From NCBI GenBank assembly GCA_037379345.1, contig CM074520.1:2170001-2234000 (forward strand): a DNA stretch of 64,000 nucleotides. Direction: 5' to 3'. Source of the DNA: Perna viridis (taxonomy: Eukaryota). The notes under the pieces were generated by a model. It was not told the origin of the DNA. It saw nothing but the letters and a program-made list of their open reading frames with translations, and searched no databases. Shown one piece after another: positions 22,523-37,300 of this stretch. The translations under genes were made by a program, and so were the position numbers. The stretch's first letter is position 1. Every line of letters starts with the position of its first letter.

Positions 22523-24865
22523 TCTCTAGTCCAATATAGTCTTACTCTTTAGAGGATTAAAGAATTATCATTAATGGAAAGCTTTAAGTAAAAAAGAAAA
22601 AATAGTTTTTTACAGAAGAACAATTTATAGTACGAGTCCACCTTGCCTCTTTTAAAAACCGGAAAAAAATTTAAACATTAGCAGACAAGTGCCGATCCGA
22701 TTTCAATCTTCCGTAAATACATCCAGTAAGGTAAATTTCTAAACATCAGAGAATGACAAAGCGTGTTAGCTACAATATTTATTTTCTAAATATTAAATTT
22801 ATTGAGCGGTGAATGTAATTTAAATACATCTTTAGATTGAAGGAGAGGGATTAAATATATCGTCTTTAGTGACAACATTCTACGACGAAACTCAGAACAA
22901 ATAATGAATTTTCCATTGCTTTCAAATACAGCCAAAGCAAGCGAAATCTGTCAGTTTAGACAAGTTTAAAAAGAATGGGGTTTGAGATACTATATTTATT
23001 TAATTCATCGATTCTGACAAATGTTTACCTAGTCCAAACGTAGTTAAATATTTTCAATAGATTTTTTAATTCAAAAATGAAATTTTAATCATTTATTTTA
23101 AACACATTCTTTTTTTAAGACGTGAGAATTAATTTTTCATATCTCAGTACTTTTTTATATACTGAGCGGGGAATTCGTCAGTGTGGTATCCCCTTGTTAA
23201 TGAGTCTTGTCACAAGATACGTAGTTGGGGAGCTTATCGTACTTCAAAAATAAAGTTTAGTCACTTCAAGTTTTAAAATTTCAAATTGGTACTAGACGTC
23301 ATGTAAACAGCCTATTCATAACGTCTATTATATCTGTAGAAAGAATTATAATTGGACAGTGTTAATTTGTTATAATAACGTATAATAGTCATAAAGACAC
23401 TATAGCGAAGGCTTAGAAGTGGACCAGGAGCGGTGATCTCCTAAAATTAGTTTGCGTTCCGTAATTATTTAGCTTTTAAACCTTGGTTCTTTTTATCTTT
23501 AGTTCAATATATTAAGCCACAGGTCAACAAAAATTAGTTTAACATTGAAATACTTAAGCAATAATGGTGAAGTATTTAAATGTTCCATCATTGAGGTCAC
23601 CCTATAATTATAATTTACATGATTTATTTACCACTCTAAATCATTCTATAATTATCACAAAATCGCCAAAGAATGCCTCTTGGTATGTCCTTTTAGAATT
23701 ACACATACCCAAATCAATATCTTGTTTGGCCTAAAATATTGCGGATGAAAAAAAAACAGCAATTTGCATACTTCTTTTCTAAAGTGGTTTAGGCGAGTAG
23801 CAGGTTATGTTTACTGGTAGTTGGCTTTTATATTTAGCATTTATAAAGTGAAAAATAGTTTCGTCATCACAAAAATTATTAAAAAAAATATAAAAAAAAA
23901 ACAAATTTAGAATTGATAATGTTGTAATTGTCTTTGCCTCGGGTAATACCGATGTTCGTATCTGTATCATACTTGTGCATCTGACACGTGTCGATCGGGT
24001 GTGGAAACATGTCAGTGTCATTTATGCAAACAGGGCTAAAACATGGAGAAATAAAAAGTTAAAAGACAGAAGCAACTGGTGGTTCACTTTCTAATTATAC
24101 AAGTCTGTTCTTTTGTTTATTTACAAAAATTGACCTTTGTTGATATGGTATGAATAGACTCCCTAAAACAATTAAATCTCTTATCAGTGCAATGACTAAT
24201 TACCCAAAATCAGATCGGTTTTAAGATTAACAAAAAAACGTAGAAAGTGACAGTGGTTTTAAAATCTGATAAAAGTTCATTTTCACAGCTAAAACTTTTT
24301 AGGGAATTCATTTCATATCAAGAACTATCTAAGATCGTGCCCATTTCTTTCAGAGATTACGATTAATAAACATGTACACTTGAGTAGATTTTCTCATGGA
24401 CGCATTTATAGTTTTTGATACATATAATAAATTCAGGTCTGTTTAAAATTATTTAAATTTCCAAAGAATCATAGGATGACACATCATTATTAGAAATTTA
24501 ACACTGAATTATGCAAAGTAACATGATTTTTTTACTTAAATGTTTTAAGCATGCATTTGTAGTATGATAATAAGTCATGGATGGTTTTACACTTTATGTA
24601 ACTAGATGGTTTAATAGGTGCACAAAACATACTTTCAGTCCTCACCTAAATGCTAGAAATCTGTGAAACATTTCTAATGAAACATTGAATGCAACTGCCT
24701 TTTATAATGATAACTAAACTGTCCTTGGTTGCTCTTCAAGCAAATCTGGTTGCTTACATTGCCATATTTTATAAGATAATTGAGATCTCTGAATGAATCA
24801 GTTTAAGCATTAACTAATGTTAAATTCAAATTAAAATGAACTGTACATGATGTTTATATACCTAC

Positions 24866-27508
24866 TTGCGATATTTGCTCTTCTACTGGTACACCGTTGC
24901 TCATCACAGTGTTGCTCCTTTCTAACACACCAAGGTCTTGTGTGGAGAAACTGACTTTCTTTTCATTTCTGTATGGTTCAAGTTTCGGCACTGAACCATT
25001 CTTATGTATAGAATCGTACATGTCCTTCTTATCATTTTCGCGTACTGCAGCACTTCGTTTCTTATTTTTCTTCTTTTTGTCCATTCTGCGGATCAGGAAA
25101 ATGCCCATGATTATCGCCCCTGATAGAATGACGGTGATACAGACAATGATAACTACTATGAGAGTATTGTCCTTCTCTGGTTCAGACTGAGGCAGCACTA
25201 AAGGTTTGTTAGATGAAATGACGATTGTCAGATTTTGACGGTCTTTGTGTTCTGGGATTCCACTGTCCTTAACCTCTACCGTTATGGTGTACGATCGCAT
25301 ATCAGCAGACGACAATGCTCTTGCAAGAGTTATTTCCCCATTGAATGGATTCATCCTGAAAATATTTTGCATTTCAATCTGTACAATTGCATATCTCAGA
25401 ATGGCGTTATTCCCAGTGTCATTGTCGGTTGCTATTATGTTAGTTATGACTGTATTTGTCGGTTTTTCGTACACAATTTGAACCGTTCTATTTTCAGGAG
25501 CCGGGAATTTTATGAGTGGGTGGTTATCATTTTCATCAACTATGAACACGCTAACATGTGCTGTACTGTTTAGTGGAGGAGTGCCTTCATCAAATGCAAC
25601 AACATTAAAACTGTATCCATATGGTCTAGCCTCTCTGTCTAGTCGTGCTTTTGTAAAAATAGAGCCATCAGGTAGTACTTCAATGTCGTCGATTACTGGA
25701 TCTGCGATGAACTTTATGACCGCGTTTTTGCCCAGGTCACTGTCATTTGCAATAACCTCTCCAATGTAGTGACCCGGCTCTTGGTTCTCTTTTGCATGCA
25801 TAACATATATAGATTTGTTAAACTTAGGCGAGTTATCGTTGATGTCAGTGAGATTTACAGAAACTACACTTGTTCCTGTCAGAGGAGGAGATCCCTTGTC
25901 TTTGGCAATAACTCTGAATTCAATGAGTGGAACTGTCTCTCTGTCAAGTACAAAGTTTGCATTTATTTTCCCTGATGCATCAACTTGAAAGTCGTAAAAG
26001 GAAGATTCTATGAAGTAATCTATTTCAGCATTTACACCTTTGTCCAAATCTAATGCAGACACTTGAACGACAAAGGCCCCTGCTAATCGAGACTCTTCCA
26101 TGATGATGTCATATCGGTGCTTTAAAAATGTCGGTCTGTGATCATTTTCATCCAGCACTTTAACGTTAAACTGTGCGGAGGTATTTTTCGGAGGAGTTCC
26201 ACCGTCAATGCATGCTATAACAACAGTGTATTGCTCTGTCTTTTCACGATCTAAGGGTTTTGACACTACGACTTTGTATTCAGTTTGATCTCCAGTGATG
26301 GGTTCTAGCTTAAAAACGTCATGTGCAATTGAGCATGTGACTTGACCATTCTGGTCAGTGTCGTCGTCGGATACGGCAATATGAGCGACAGCAGCCCCAA
26401 CGCTTGCATTTTCGGAGATTTTAGCTACGTCTGTGTTTGATAGTAAGTTTACATTAATAACTGGAGCATCATTCCCAGAATCAAGTACGGTAACGAACAC
26501 GGTGGCTTGCGACATAAGTGGTATGGCTGCACCATCATTTGCTTCGATAATGACTTTGTAAGGATTTTCAGAGGAATACACAAGAGGTTTTAAAGTAAAA
26601 ATATTCCCTGTTGAACTATTGACAGCAAATATTTGCTTTATATTATCTGACTGATGAGGACTTAGTTTATAAGTCACTCTACCATTCTCATTTAAGTCCG
26701 GGTCTGTGGCTTTCACATTGTAAATCATGCTACCTATGGGTAAACCTTCCTTGACGCTAACGCTATAAGTTGATTGATTGAATGATGGTGGGTTATCGTT
26801 TACATCAGTAATAATTACGTTCAAATGCAAGGTGCCTGACAATGTCGGTTGCCCGCCATCCTCAGCGACCACTTGCAACTGGTACCCATCAACTGACTCC
26901 CGGTCGAGAGTTTTGTTCACAACCAAGCTAACGGCAGAACTTCCATCAACATATTGTACGTATCTTAGCGAAAAAGGGGTCCCATTTGGTTTTAGAATGT
27001 ATTTTTTGACGGCATTGTCACCACTGTCCATATCGATTGCCCCTGGTATAGGGGAGGAAGATCCAACGACGAAAGCTTCCGATAATTCCAAAGTCTTGTC
27101 ATTTTCTTGAAACTTGGGAGGGTGGTCGTTGATATCAGTCACCACAATTTTCACTTTTATTTTCTTGAAAAAAGTTCCTACTGTAGCCTGAGCGACAATA
27201 TCTAATGCTAGTTCACATACAGTTGAAAACTCGCATTCTTCTAAAGATTCACGGTCCAGTCTCTTTCCTATAGATAAAGAACTAGTACTCTCACTAACGG
27301 TAAAATATGATTCATATTTACTTTCAAGAATGGTATATTTCATGTGATTTCTTTCATTATCAGTTAATTCGTCGTTAAGATTTGAATCATTAACAATGTT
27401 ACCTATATAAAATCCAACAGTCTCCTCCTCTGGTAATGTGTACGTTAAATCCGATACAACTGGCAAGATAGAGGCAGTCGAAATCCATAAAAACAAAAAA
27501 ATCTCCAT
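24866..27508 (-). CDS. Delta-1-like protocadherin (PCDH9/11/1/7-like), large coding exon 1: signal peptide, 7 cadherin repeats, TM, proximal tail
   Basis: ATG in AACATGG context at 27508; the ORF-track start at 27523 is a GTG. Signal peptide MEIFLFLWISTASILPVVS; EC1 has Cys-X5-Cys (CEFSTVC). LDRE, AxDxD and DxNDxxP motifs define 7 EC domains. TM LIVVIIVCITVILSGAIIMGIFLI is followed by a basic stop-transfer segment. Donor CAA|gtaggt is phase 0. Spliced product is about 1085 aa. Confidence 0.96.
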
Positions 27509-27623
27509 GTTCGCTGATCGCACTTATAAAACATCCATGTTTAATTCAGCACTCCAAAGACTAGTAATCATTTAGTCATAAAAATAATCCTAGTTGTCTT
27601 GACTGAAATGTCCGTGTACTCCT
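27509..27623 (-). other. 5' UTR part of the large exon and its splice acceptor
   Basis: tttattttcctatattatttcag|G with AG at 27623-27622, implying one or more non-coding exons further upstream. Confidence 0.65.
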
Positions 27624-29939
27624 GAAATAATATAGGAAAATAAATATTGATAGTAAGCTTGTATATCAACATGGAATATAAATCCTTGAATAACGTTCTA
27701 ATCCTCGCCAATATAACATACTTTTACTTGTATTTCTTTTTACCAAAAAGTTTATTTATCGAATTAATGTAAACGCTAATCTCCAACTACTCACAGGTAA
27801 AATTATACTTTAAGCATACAATTTCTTCTAACATTTCACTATTTTTATAATTTTCACCTGGGGTTCTCTATCTTTGTCGTAACTCCGCCCCTAAAAAGCC
27901 TATGTGGCCAATCATCGTCCAGTTGTTCAGGTGAAAATTGATTATTGGCACTCAAGATTTTAATTGATTTTTGAGTATTTCTACCCATTTCGTGTGTTTT
28001 ATTACAAGTGATAAAATAGACTTTTAATTATTTTATCACCTATGGACAAATAGACTTTCATTTAATAAACTTGTCCTCGAAAAGTCCTAATAAACCAGAC
28101 CTTTCAACGTATTTTTAAACATTTATTTGATAATTTATAAACATCGCAAGGATTATTGGATTTTCATTATAAACTATAGCATCGATTTGAAATTTTTTAA
28201 AAGAAAAAAAATAGAGATTTACTTTATTTTGTTTATGTAATATTTGTTGTTCATCTTGGGAAAAAATACAAACTCAGTTCTAAATGCTATTTTAAGAAAT
28301 AATTTTACCCAAGAAATATTTCTGTTCAAGGTCTTACTCTATATGTAATTCTAAAGCATTAAACTTCACCGAAATTATTATCCCGAATTTCTATTCATCG
28401 TCTTGTTTATTTATTTTAATTACTTATTTATTTATAATTATCTATATTGGTTGTTCATTGGAAGTTTTAACTGTTCTGAAATAGAATACGTGGTAATTTC
28501 GAGTGATTTTGTTTGTACCAAACCACGACCCATTCTTGACGGTTCATCATTGTATAAAACCGTACTTACACTATCATTATCCCTGCCTTCAAATTTGTCA
28601 AATGACACTCGAACTTTAAACTCATTGAAGAACAAAATGACAAACTGGGGGATATAATTGATTTAACAGATCATAATTACTAAATACGTTCCCTTAGTCT
28701 ATCAATTATTTGTATATATGGTAATGTGGTCCTCCCTTTGGCATGTACGATCTCATTGTACGACACTATAGTCTTTTTAAGCTTCAACGCCTCTTACTCT
28801 ATGGCGAAACGGTCGTCTTTACTTCAGAAACAGATTGGTAGAAACATAATACCACCAAAACATACGATATTACACAATCGTCAAAGCCTTTACCAGTATA
28901 AGATGTAAGATTTATTGACAAAACAAATATTCTGTTTTGGGTCACAATGGGTGAAAGACTATACCCCCAGATAGCACACGGCGTTGTAAAATATCATCTC
29001 GTTCCGTCAGTCATTAACTCGACATAAACACACTGCATTGCTCCAGCAGTCTCCGCTGGGTGAATCCCCAAACCCACAAAAACATTTGGTTCCACATTTG
29101 TATATTACTAGTCTTAAGCGAGATACCGAAATGAACACGAATCGAATGCAAAATAATATAAATTGTGTATATTGTGGTCTTCTACCACTTCTACGGCGTG
29201 CCAAAACATACTTAAGAAATCTAAATGGACTGTCACTTATTGTATTTTATTAATATTTTATCAACCCTCACATGGAATCCGTTTACTAAAAGATGAAGCT
29301 TGACATTTACATGTAACATCTTGGACCTGAACAATACAAAAGCTTTTAATCCGAACTAGAAAGATGTGATTTCACCAGACCTTTCAACACCATTCAAACA
29401 GAGAAACAGCATGTTTACAGTTTGTTACATAATTGAAGAACAAGCTTCAAAGTGTATCATAGTTCGTCTTAAAATATTTACAAACTGAACTTGTTTGAGA
29501 TTGAATTTTCCTCCTTGACTACACGATTCTCTTCCTAGGTTTAAAAAATACTGTTCAATAATTCTTTTTAATAAAGTTCAACTTCTAACTGACACGATCT
29601 TTAATCATTTAATGCTATAGTCTGTCTCTCTGACATATGCTACAATTGGTATTAACTGTATATACTATTAATGAAGTGCAGTTGGCTTCGGATATTTCTA
29701 CCAAAAGAGGCAAAGAGAAAAGAGGTGTGTGTAACCAGAGAATAAAAATAATATACGAATCAAGGTCATGTCATGGACTAAAGACTAATGTTATATTTTA
29801 GTCGTAAAAATAACCATTCGCTCAAAACAATGGATGATATATCTTGTCAAAGTTGTAACGGTATTGTAGAAGATAAATATATACATGTATCTAGCCGTAA
29901 CTTACAACACTGAAATACAGTGATACCTATAGACGAAGT

Positions 29940-30023
29940 ATTCCCTGTGACATATATATATACCACCATTCCCTGCGACATATGTATATACCACCATTCC
30001 CTGCGACATATGTATATACCACC
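29940..30023. repeat. Minisatellite, 28-bp unit x3
   Basis: ttccctg(t/c)gacatat(a/g)tatataccacca in three copies. Confidence 0.9.
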
Positions 30024-33000
30024 TAGCCAAAATTGTGACTACCTTTACCAAATGTTAACTTTTCTGTCATAGCCTTAACTGTAACTTTTTGCTTTCATCA
30101 TTGGAACATCCTTCACATCAGTAGAACATGTGCCAATACTCTGCCGAAGTAGATATTCTTTACTTTTACGCAGATGCGACGTAACTAAAATCTTTTGAAC
30201 AATCTTTTATGTTGTTATTAACTTACAGTATATAATGTCGGGGTATTACTACAGATCCCAGTATTCGTCACAAATTACCATTTCCTTGCACCACCCACAA
30301 CAAAATATTATTCTGGTTCTATAGTCTATAGAAACGGTCTAAGGTCAGCACCAATCAATTTTACATAAAACAAGACCTCTTCGTCTGTCAAAGTATTTAA
30401 TGTATTAGAAGCTGGCATAAACGTACCTTCGTTTATTTATATTACTGAGGAAGGGAATTACAGTTTACAAATTTCATGTCTGCTTAATCGTTCTCCTATT
30501 CTGTCTTTTACATTGCGGTAATAGAAGGATAATTCAACCATTCCAGGGATATTGGTCTTCCTAGACAAATTAGATTGGTTCAAAGGGGGCTATTACAAAC
30601 GTGTTTCATTATGAATTCTGTCTGTTTTACTTAATTGCAAAGCGCTACTTCGAAGAATTTCACGCAATTACAATGTGAAGCGAAGAACTGAAACTTAGAT
30701 ATTAATTTTATTTAGACTATTCGTGCTATTATCGTCGATACAGGAACACGCAGACAAGGCGCAAGGTTGTGGGGAGTTTTTTGTTAAATTCTTCTACCTT
30801 TGTAAAGTTTTGCATTTGAACAGGTCTCATTTCTGTTTGATTGCAGAAAATACGAACTATGCTTAAAGACACATTTTCTTAAAGAAAATTGAGTTTAAAA
30901 CAAGTACATGTCAATTATCCAGCCACATTGTCACACTGCTTACTTAATGCGGAATTAGTTTTTTGTTGCTTCGATTATTATTTGATTGACTGACTTTTAT
31001 CTCGCCAAGCTTGATACTATTTGGGGAAATGAAAATACGATTTTGGGATGAAAATTTGACTTAAACACAGCATGCAGCGATTTCTTTTAAATCAAAGTAT
31101 TATGACGGAAGCTCCCACAACAGGTATGGAAACAACTATAGCCTCCAATGTTGCTAGAACAAATACAATGTCATGTCAACAGCACAGGTGATGAAACGTT
31201 TTATGCAATGCAATAAATGCCAATATTACCCTCTAGAAAACCGTTAAAAGGCGTTATCATCTTCCAGGGAGAACCAATGAAAACGCCACATTAGCAGGTA
31301 GGTGCGAAACACTTCATGCTGTCAGCAACCTGCTGATTAAATCATGAAAACCTGTTAATTAGCTTTTGTGATTAAACAAATTTGGGCTAGTTGATAAAGG
31401 TGTCAACAGACTGTCGCAATGCTCCATAATCCCCACCAGGTGCCATTGTTAAATTATTAGCCCAAGGAGACATATTTTGATAATTATTAATTTAATAAAA
31501 CCTTAAACAATTATGATTAAATGTTCAAGTATTCTCAAGTTTTCACACGTTTTTAATGTCACGGTTATTACATCAATACACATCCTTAAGACAGTTACTA
31601 AATAGAGATAGCTGCAATAACACCACAACTGACCACTTCAGGACTATATGACAGTTACCATGTTGTGGAGACTATATGAACAAATTATGGAAGTCGTAAA
31701 ACTCAAGTAATCAACAGCAAAGACAATGACAACAAGAGTTGTTACACGTATTTACCTGTACCAAGGTAAATTTGAAGTACTCGTACAAAATGCAGATAAT
31801 ATATATACTAAAATTCGTTGAAGCAAAATGTTATTATGATATGACTAGCAACAACAGATGTAAAACATCCCTACAAAATTTCACTAAACTCCGACGGTAG
31901 GACTCTAATAGTGTATGTGAAGAACAACCAAATGGAGACCATTACCACAAAATATCACGATGCACACGCACAAAGCTCTGAATTTGAAATGGAAACACAA
32001 TTCAGTATACAGCACGAGAATCAATCTACAGAATCGTTGGCGATTGTTGAGGGTTACGTGGTTATTGAAACAAACGAATGACACGACTGTTATCATATAA
32101 CAAACAAGTAACATGCTTCCGTTATACGTTGTGCATTACTCAATCGAATGATCAACGAAATACAGAATGTAGCAAAAAATCACTGCCAAGAAACATTATT
32201 GTCTTTTGGCATGCATTAAGACGAAAAACCATCCATTGTTAGTATACCCTTTTCACCACAGTAAAGATAAATGATAAAATTAACAAACTGCATCTTACTT
32301 TACTTTTTTTAAAGCACATTGCCTGCATATACAAGAATACAATTTATACTTAATCAATGAGCAAAATAAAAGCTTTTGTTGAAAACTTTCTAATCGGGAA
32401 GAAAATGAAATCATCTCAGCATTCGAAACAAAATTATCCCAAATTAATCAAAGCTCATGTCATGAATGATAGTCACGACATTGAAGCAGGATTACGAAAT
32501 TTATCTCATTTATGAACATATAAAATATAAATTAGATATAAACTACATTAGGCTTTCTACTTTCCAAAGCTATCAATCATTTGAAGGGTAGTTTATTCTT
32601 CGGGAACAGTTTTTAGCCATTTTGAATTCCAGAAGCTCTTAGGAGCCAGTTATGTGCATTTGCAATCATTGAGTATCCCGGAATTTTTACGCATGCAATA
32701 GAACATGAAAACAACAGCAGCATAACATGTAAAAACCTAAAAATGAAACTAACAAATGACATACCTTTGCTGAACTCCTTCAACAATAGACCTATTTCAT
32801 ATCACGGCTTTGACTTCGTTTTTAAAATTTTGAGCAAAGGGAAGTGACTCTTCAACCCGACAGACTGGTTTCCTGTCCGATTGGAGCAATGGACAACAGT
32901 AGACTTCAATTAAAAAAAAAAATTGTAGCTGCGGTAAATACTTTGATACTTTCAAGTAATTTATTTCAAGCCGTTTAGCTACTGATACCGAAGTGTAAAT

Positions 33001-34149
33001 AGTTTGAGTATCAAAGAAATATGTTTATTACTCATAATTTCCCCAACCAGGTTGTCGGTTGTTGGTGAATTACGTTCCTTTTAAAAACTTGCTAAAATGG
33101 CTCACATTCCGTAAATATGAAAGACAGCTTTTATCACAATCCTTCCAGAGGTTTCATAGCTCATAGCCATGCACTGTTTGTGAACTAAATTAAATTCACC
33201 TATCTAGAAACAATGGTCATTTAGAATGAACAGGACAAAGCATTGTAACAAACCACAACATTGCCTTTGAAAGTGTCAATATTTCTTTAAATGGAAACCA
33301 GAATTCCTTTATTACAAGATTTCCAATGTGAATACCTGTTTTTCAATTTACTATCGATTTCCAAAACCAGCTGCTTGAAAGGTGACAATGCGTTCAACAT
33401 GACTTTACATACATGACACTAATTTACTCCATTTCACGTTGAAGTTAGTTTTTATCTTGTATATTAACGGTAAATTAAGGAAAGTCTACTCAATGGTAGA
33501 AAGTGTGCTTTGAAAGGCATTTTACCAGTAAAAATCTATAAAATATTTTTGTGATTCATTGAAGTTCGCTACTCGATTCATTAATTCACTATATCGTAAT
33601 TGGGGGTAATCGAGTGCACCTTTTGTAAGATGTAGGGTACTAAACCAACGATTGTATATACCTTTGTTATGATGTAAAATAGTCCATTAATGGTTAAAAT
33701 CTTTGTGGAAATGGTGAGTAATTGGCAAATCAAATGGGATTGTATAGTTAAGGTTCTGTTTGAACTGTAGATTTATTATTATTATTATTTTTTTTTTGAT
33801 ATCCCGAAATTATAACCATATGTTTAAGTAAAATGATACAGAAATAAAAAATTTGCAGTTTACTTGTGTTGTACTACAGACGATGGAAAAGATAAGCACT
33901 ATTCTTCATAAAAAAAATCGCCACACTTCCAATTTAAGACAGTACTATGAAGTTACTGAAGTTGGAAAAGCTGGTTCACCGAATGAACATAAAAGGAGCG
34001 AATCTTTCTTGGGTTGTGAAGTGAATAAAACAATCAGTACACACACACAAATACAAAACACGATGAAAAATAACGAAAACTAAACCAGTTAAAAACAAAT
34101 TGTATATTTTCCTAAAACATTGAATGCGCGTTTTTAGTTTGTCTTTTTG

Positions 34150-34345
34150 ATTAGTTTGCGTGTGTTTGTGTGTGTGAGATAAAGAGAGAGAGGACATTTT
34201 ATGGAGAAGTTGGCAAATATTAGGACATATGGGATCAATTAGACCTTGTCACACGCCTGATTTACGGGACATGTACCGTCATCGGCCTTGTACACGCTAT
34301 AATCTCGACCCATTATCTATTACGTCACAAACAAAAGAGAGAGTT
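34150..34345. promoter_or_regulatory. Possible promoter/enhancer of the protocadherin
   Basis: (TG)n and (GA)n tracts, a locally higher CpG density and a CRE/ATF-like TTACGTCA at ~34320. Function is not shown by sequence. Confidence 0.3.
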
Positions 34346-37300
34346 AAAATACAATTAGTATTCGATGTCTTTTAAAAACAAAACTATACAACATTATGTA
34401 GATCTGGCGACAAGGATTGGAGTATTGATATAAATTATTTTGAAAACCTACACAAATAACTTCCACCCGGAAAATCATTATATCATACTGATAATCCTAT
34501 TCATGTCTAAACAATTTAATAAACTACAATTCTCGATGAATGGATGACCAATTAAAAGGAAAACAAAACATTATTACAATTGTCAGCTCACATTCAATAA
34601 AACTTCATTGTATTCCTTTATTGTTAGATAAAATGCCAAAAAAAAGAAGAAAAAACAGTCAAATGTATTTTGTTTTTGTGAGACAAAACGTGCCGAAGAA
34701 ATAAATAGTGTGTTTATGTAAAATGATCATAAAACAAATCAATACAGCAAGACTTCCGTTCTTTTCTTTATATTGCACAATTTATATATTTTATGCAATC
34801 ATATGCAGTTTCGAATTATTCACTATAGTACTTAAACACGTCAGTAGAAATTCTTTGCGGGGATTAGACAGGAGAAACATTATAATGGTCATTTTTCAAA
34901 CAGCTGACGTGAAACTGACCAAACACACTTGAACAAGTCTTCCAATCTGTCGTTGTATGAAAACTTTATCAAAATCTGTCACCATATTTGAATGTCGTGA
35001 ATGAAGAAGGGGCATTAACCAGACCAACAACAGGAAGGAACAGTGTTTATTCCGTCAGACAACTTGAAGAGGAACAATATTTTGACGTAAATCTGATTGA
35101 TGATGTTTACCCCCTTGACCCAATTTCTGTCACCCACTTGAGCTTTTAAACCCTCTTCTCGTGAACTTAAGACTAATTTCTGTTTAATCACAGAGTAACC
35201 AACCCACGTCTGTCTAGTCTGTAGATACTTTATTTTTGACAACCTCGATAGGAAATTGATGGTAAAATAATAATACCAAATACCAATCAGTACAAGATTT
35301 GCATCAGGATAGCAAATATATGAGACAACAAAAATGATATTCCACATTAGTGCATGACTCCATAGGCGGATCCAAGTTTGGGCGGCCCCACCTTCTGTTC
35401 GAAAAGTTAGTTTGGTTATTTAGGAACATGGAAATAAGTGGCGTCCCCCTGAACTATTTAAATAAATTATTTATTTTTTTTTTTAATTGCAATTTTCCAT
35501 TTCATGCAGGTTTAAAAAAATACCTTCTCATATTTACTTAGGCAAAACGTTTGATGTTCTATTCGATAAATCTAGATCACGAGTATTTAGCCAGTAATTT
35601 ATTCAAACAGAAATTAAACTGTCACCCTTATGCATTTTAATGAACTGAATGCTACTGAAATTAGCTCTTTGATTTTCTTTCTTTATTATAAAAGTATCGT
35701 TTTCATTACAAACCCCTGCTAGCTGATAGCCAAACAATTCAAATGTAAACACGATCAAATGGTAGATAAACTCCTCTGCTCTTTGACAGCAAATTCGCAA
35801 TAGTTAATTATGGGTGTCGAATTTAAACTTAGACTTACCTCTAAACAGTCAAAGGAACAAACGTTTTCGTGATCATTATCTCTAAGTAATGTCACCTTAA
35901 CTTTGTACATCTTTTGTAACGGTTTGACATAAATAACCTATCCATTTAATATACAGATTCTTCCGGCTGTCCACTGTTTTTATAAGATGGGAGATAAAGT
36001 GCAATAGTTTTTACTTAGTCAATACAAAAAGGCGAGACAACACATTGTTTTATGCCTGAAGGTCCTTCGGAACATTTTACCGCGCTTACCTTGCACACTC
36101 GGAATTTCTGCGAACGCATCTGAGCCAATGAGATTAGATTCACACTGCGATGAAGAGAAGTGAAATGCAACTCAAAAATAATATTTTCCTTTCATCAAAG
36201 ATGTCAAGAAGAGTTTTGTATTGAAAGTGAAGTGTAAATGAAGATGCAATAATATTACTATTTGTGTTTACTCACGTGAAAAAATAGGGAAAAGTAGTAC
36301 AATGCCTTTAACACATGATAGTTAATCTTGTGTGAAAATTCCATGAAATCCTTCTTAAAAACTTAATATTAGAATTCAAGAAAGCATTTGAATGATAATT
36401 ATTTAAATGATGCCCATTTTACTTCAATTTACTTTTAAAAGGATCATAATTTTAATTCCTCTTTAACCGTCTTGGCATGACAATATTACATCACAGATCT
36501 TGTCAGGTATGCGAAACCTTTGTCAAAGATATACTAAATTTAATTGATTAACACCTAAGTATTAAAATATTTTGATGTTCTAATATTTAAAGTCGATGGA
36601 TTATCATCTGGGTTAATATCTTTTTAGCATGCAACAAATGGGTACCAAGGGCGGATCCAAGATTTGAAGTTAAAGGGCACAGATCGCCCAGCAGAGTAAG
36701 GCGGACTTGTACGACAGTTACTCTTAATTATTTGCCCTTCTAAATGAAAACACGAATATTAATAAATCTTCCGTTAACTTAATATGTTATAAAACCGATT
36801 TATACTTTGCTTTTTTTTTTCTTTTTTGGGGGGGTTTTCTGTTTCCAATTTTATAGAGGGTGCACAACAACCATGCTATATCAGTTGCTACATATCTTTA
36901 TAATCATTATAGACTATATCTAGTAAAGTGTTAGTAACTTGACTTATACAAAATCTATTTTTTCTCAATAAACATCAACGAACGCCATTATAAGTCATGT
37001 GCTTGTAAAGTTTGTTAGTTGTTGTGAGAATCTATGTGAAAAAGATTGGCGATAATAGAATATTTGTAAACAAATATTCGTTTTTCTCCACTATTCGTAA
37101 AGTCTTCAATATTGGACACCCCGCAACGCTGTGGAGGCTTTGATCTCTTTGAGACCATCTGTTTTATTAGTCCTGTGTACAAGCTATATACTAACAGCAA
37201 TGCAAAATATTTCTTAACAATAATTTACGTTTGTTTCGCACAAATACTACGATATTTTCGGCGATGACTAATAAAACCGCGGGAAAATTTAATAAAGGTA

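Noticed and set aside
26651-26690. Hammerhead-like CTGATGA followed by a stem
   Set aside because: No GAAA follows the stem, and it lies antisense within the protocadherin coding sequence.
24897-27110. Plus-strand ORFs overlapping the protocadherin exon
   Set aside because: Antisense shadows of the coding exon with no independent features.
27509-27523. ORF-track start MRSAN at 27523
   Set aside because: It is a GTG. The ATG at 27508 has a good context and directly begins the signal peptide.
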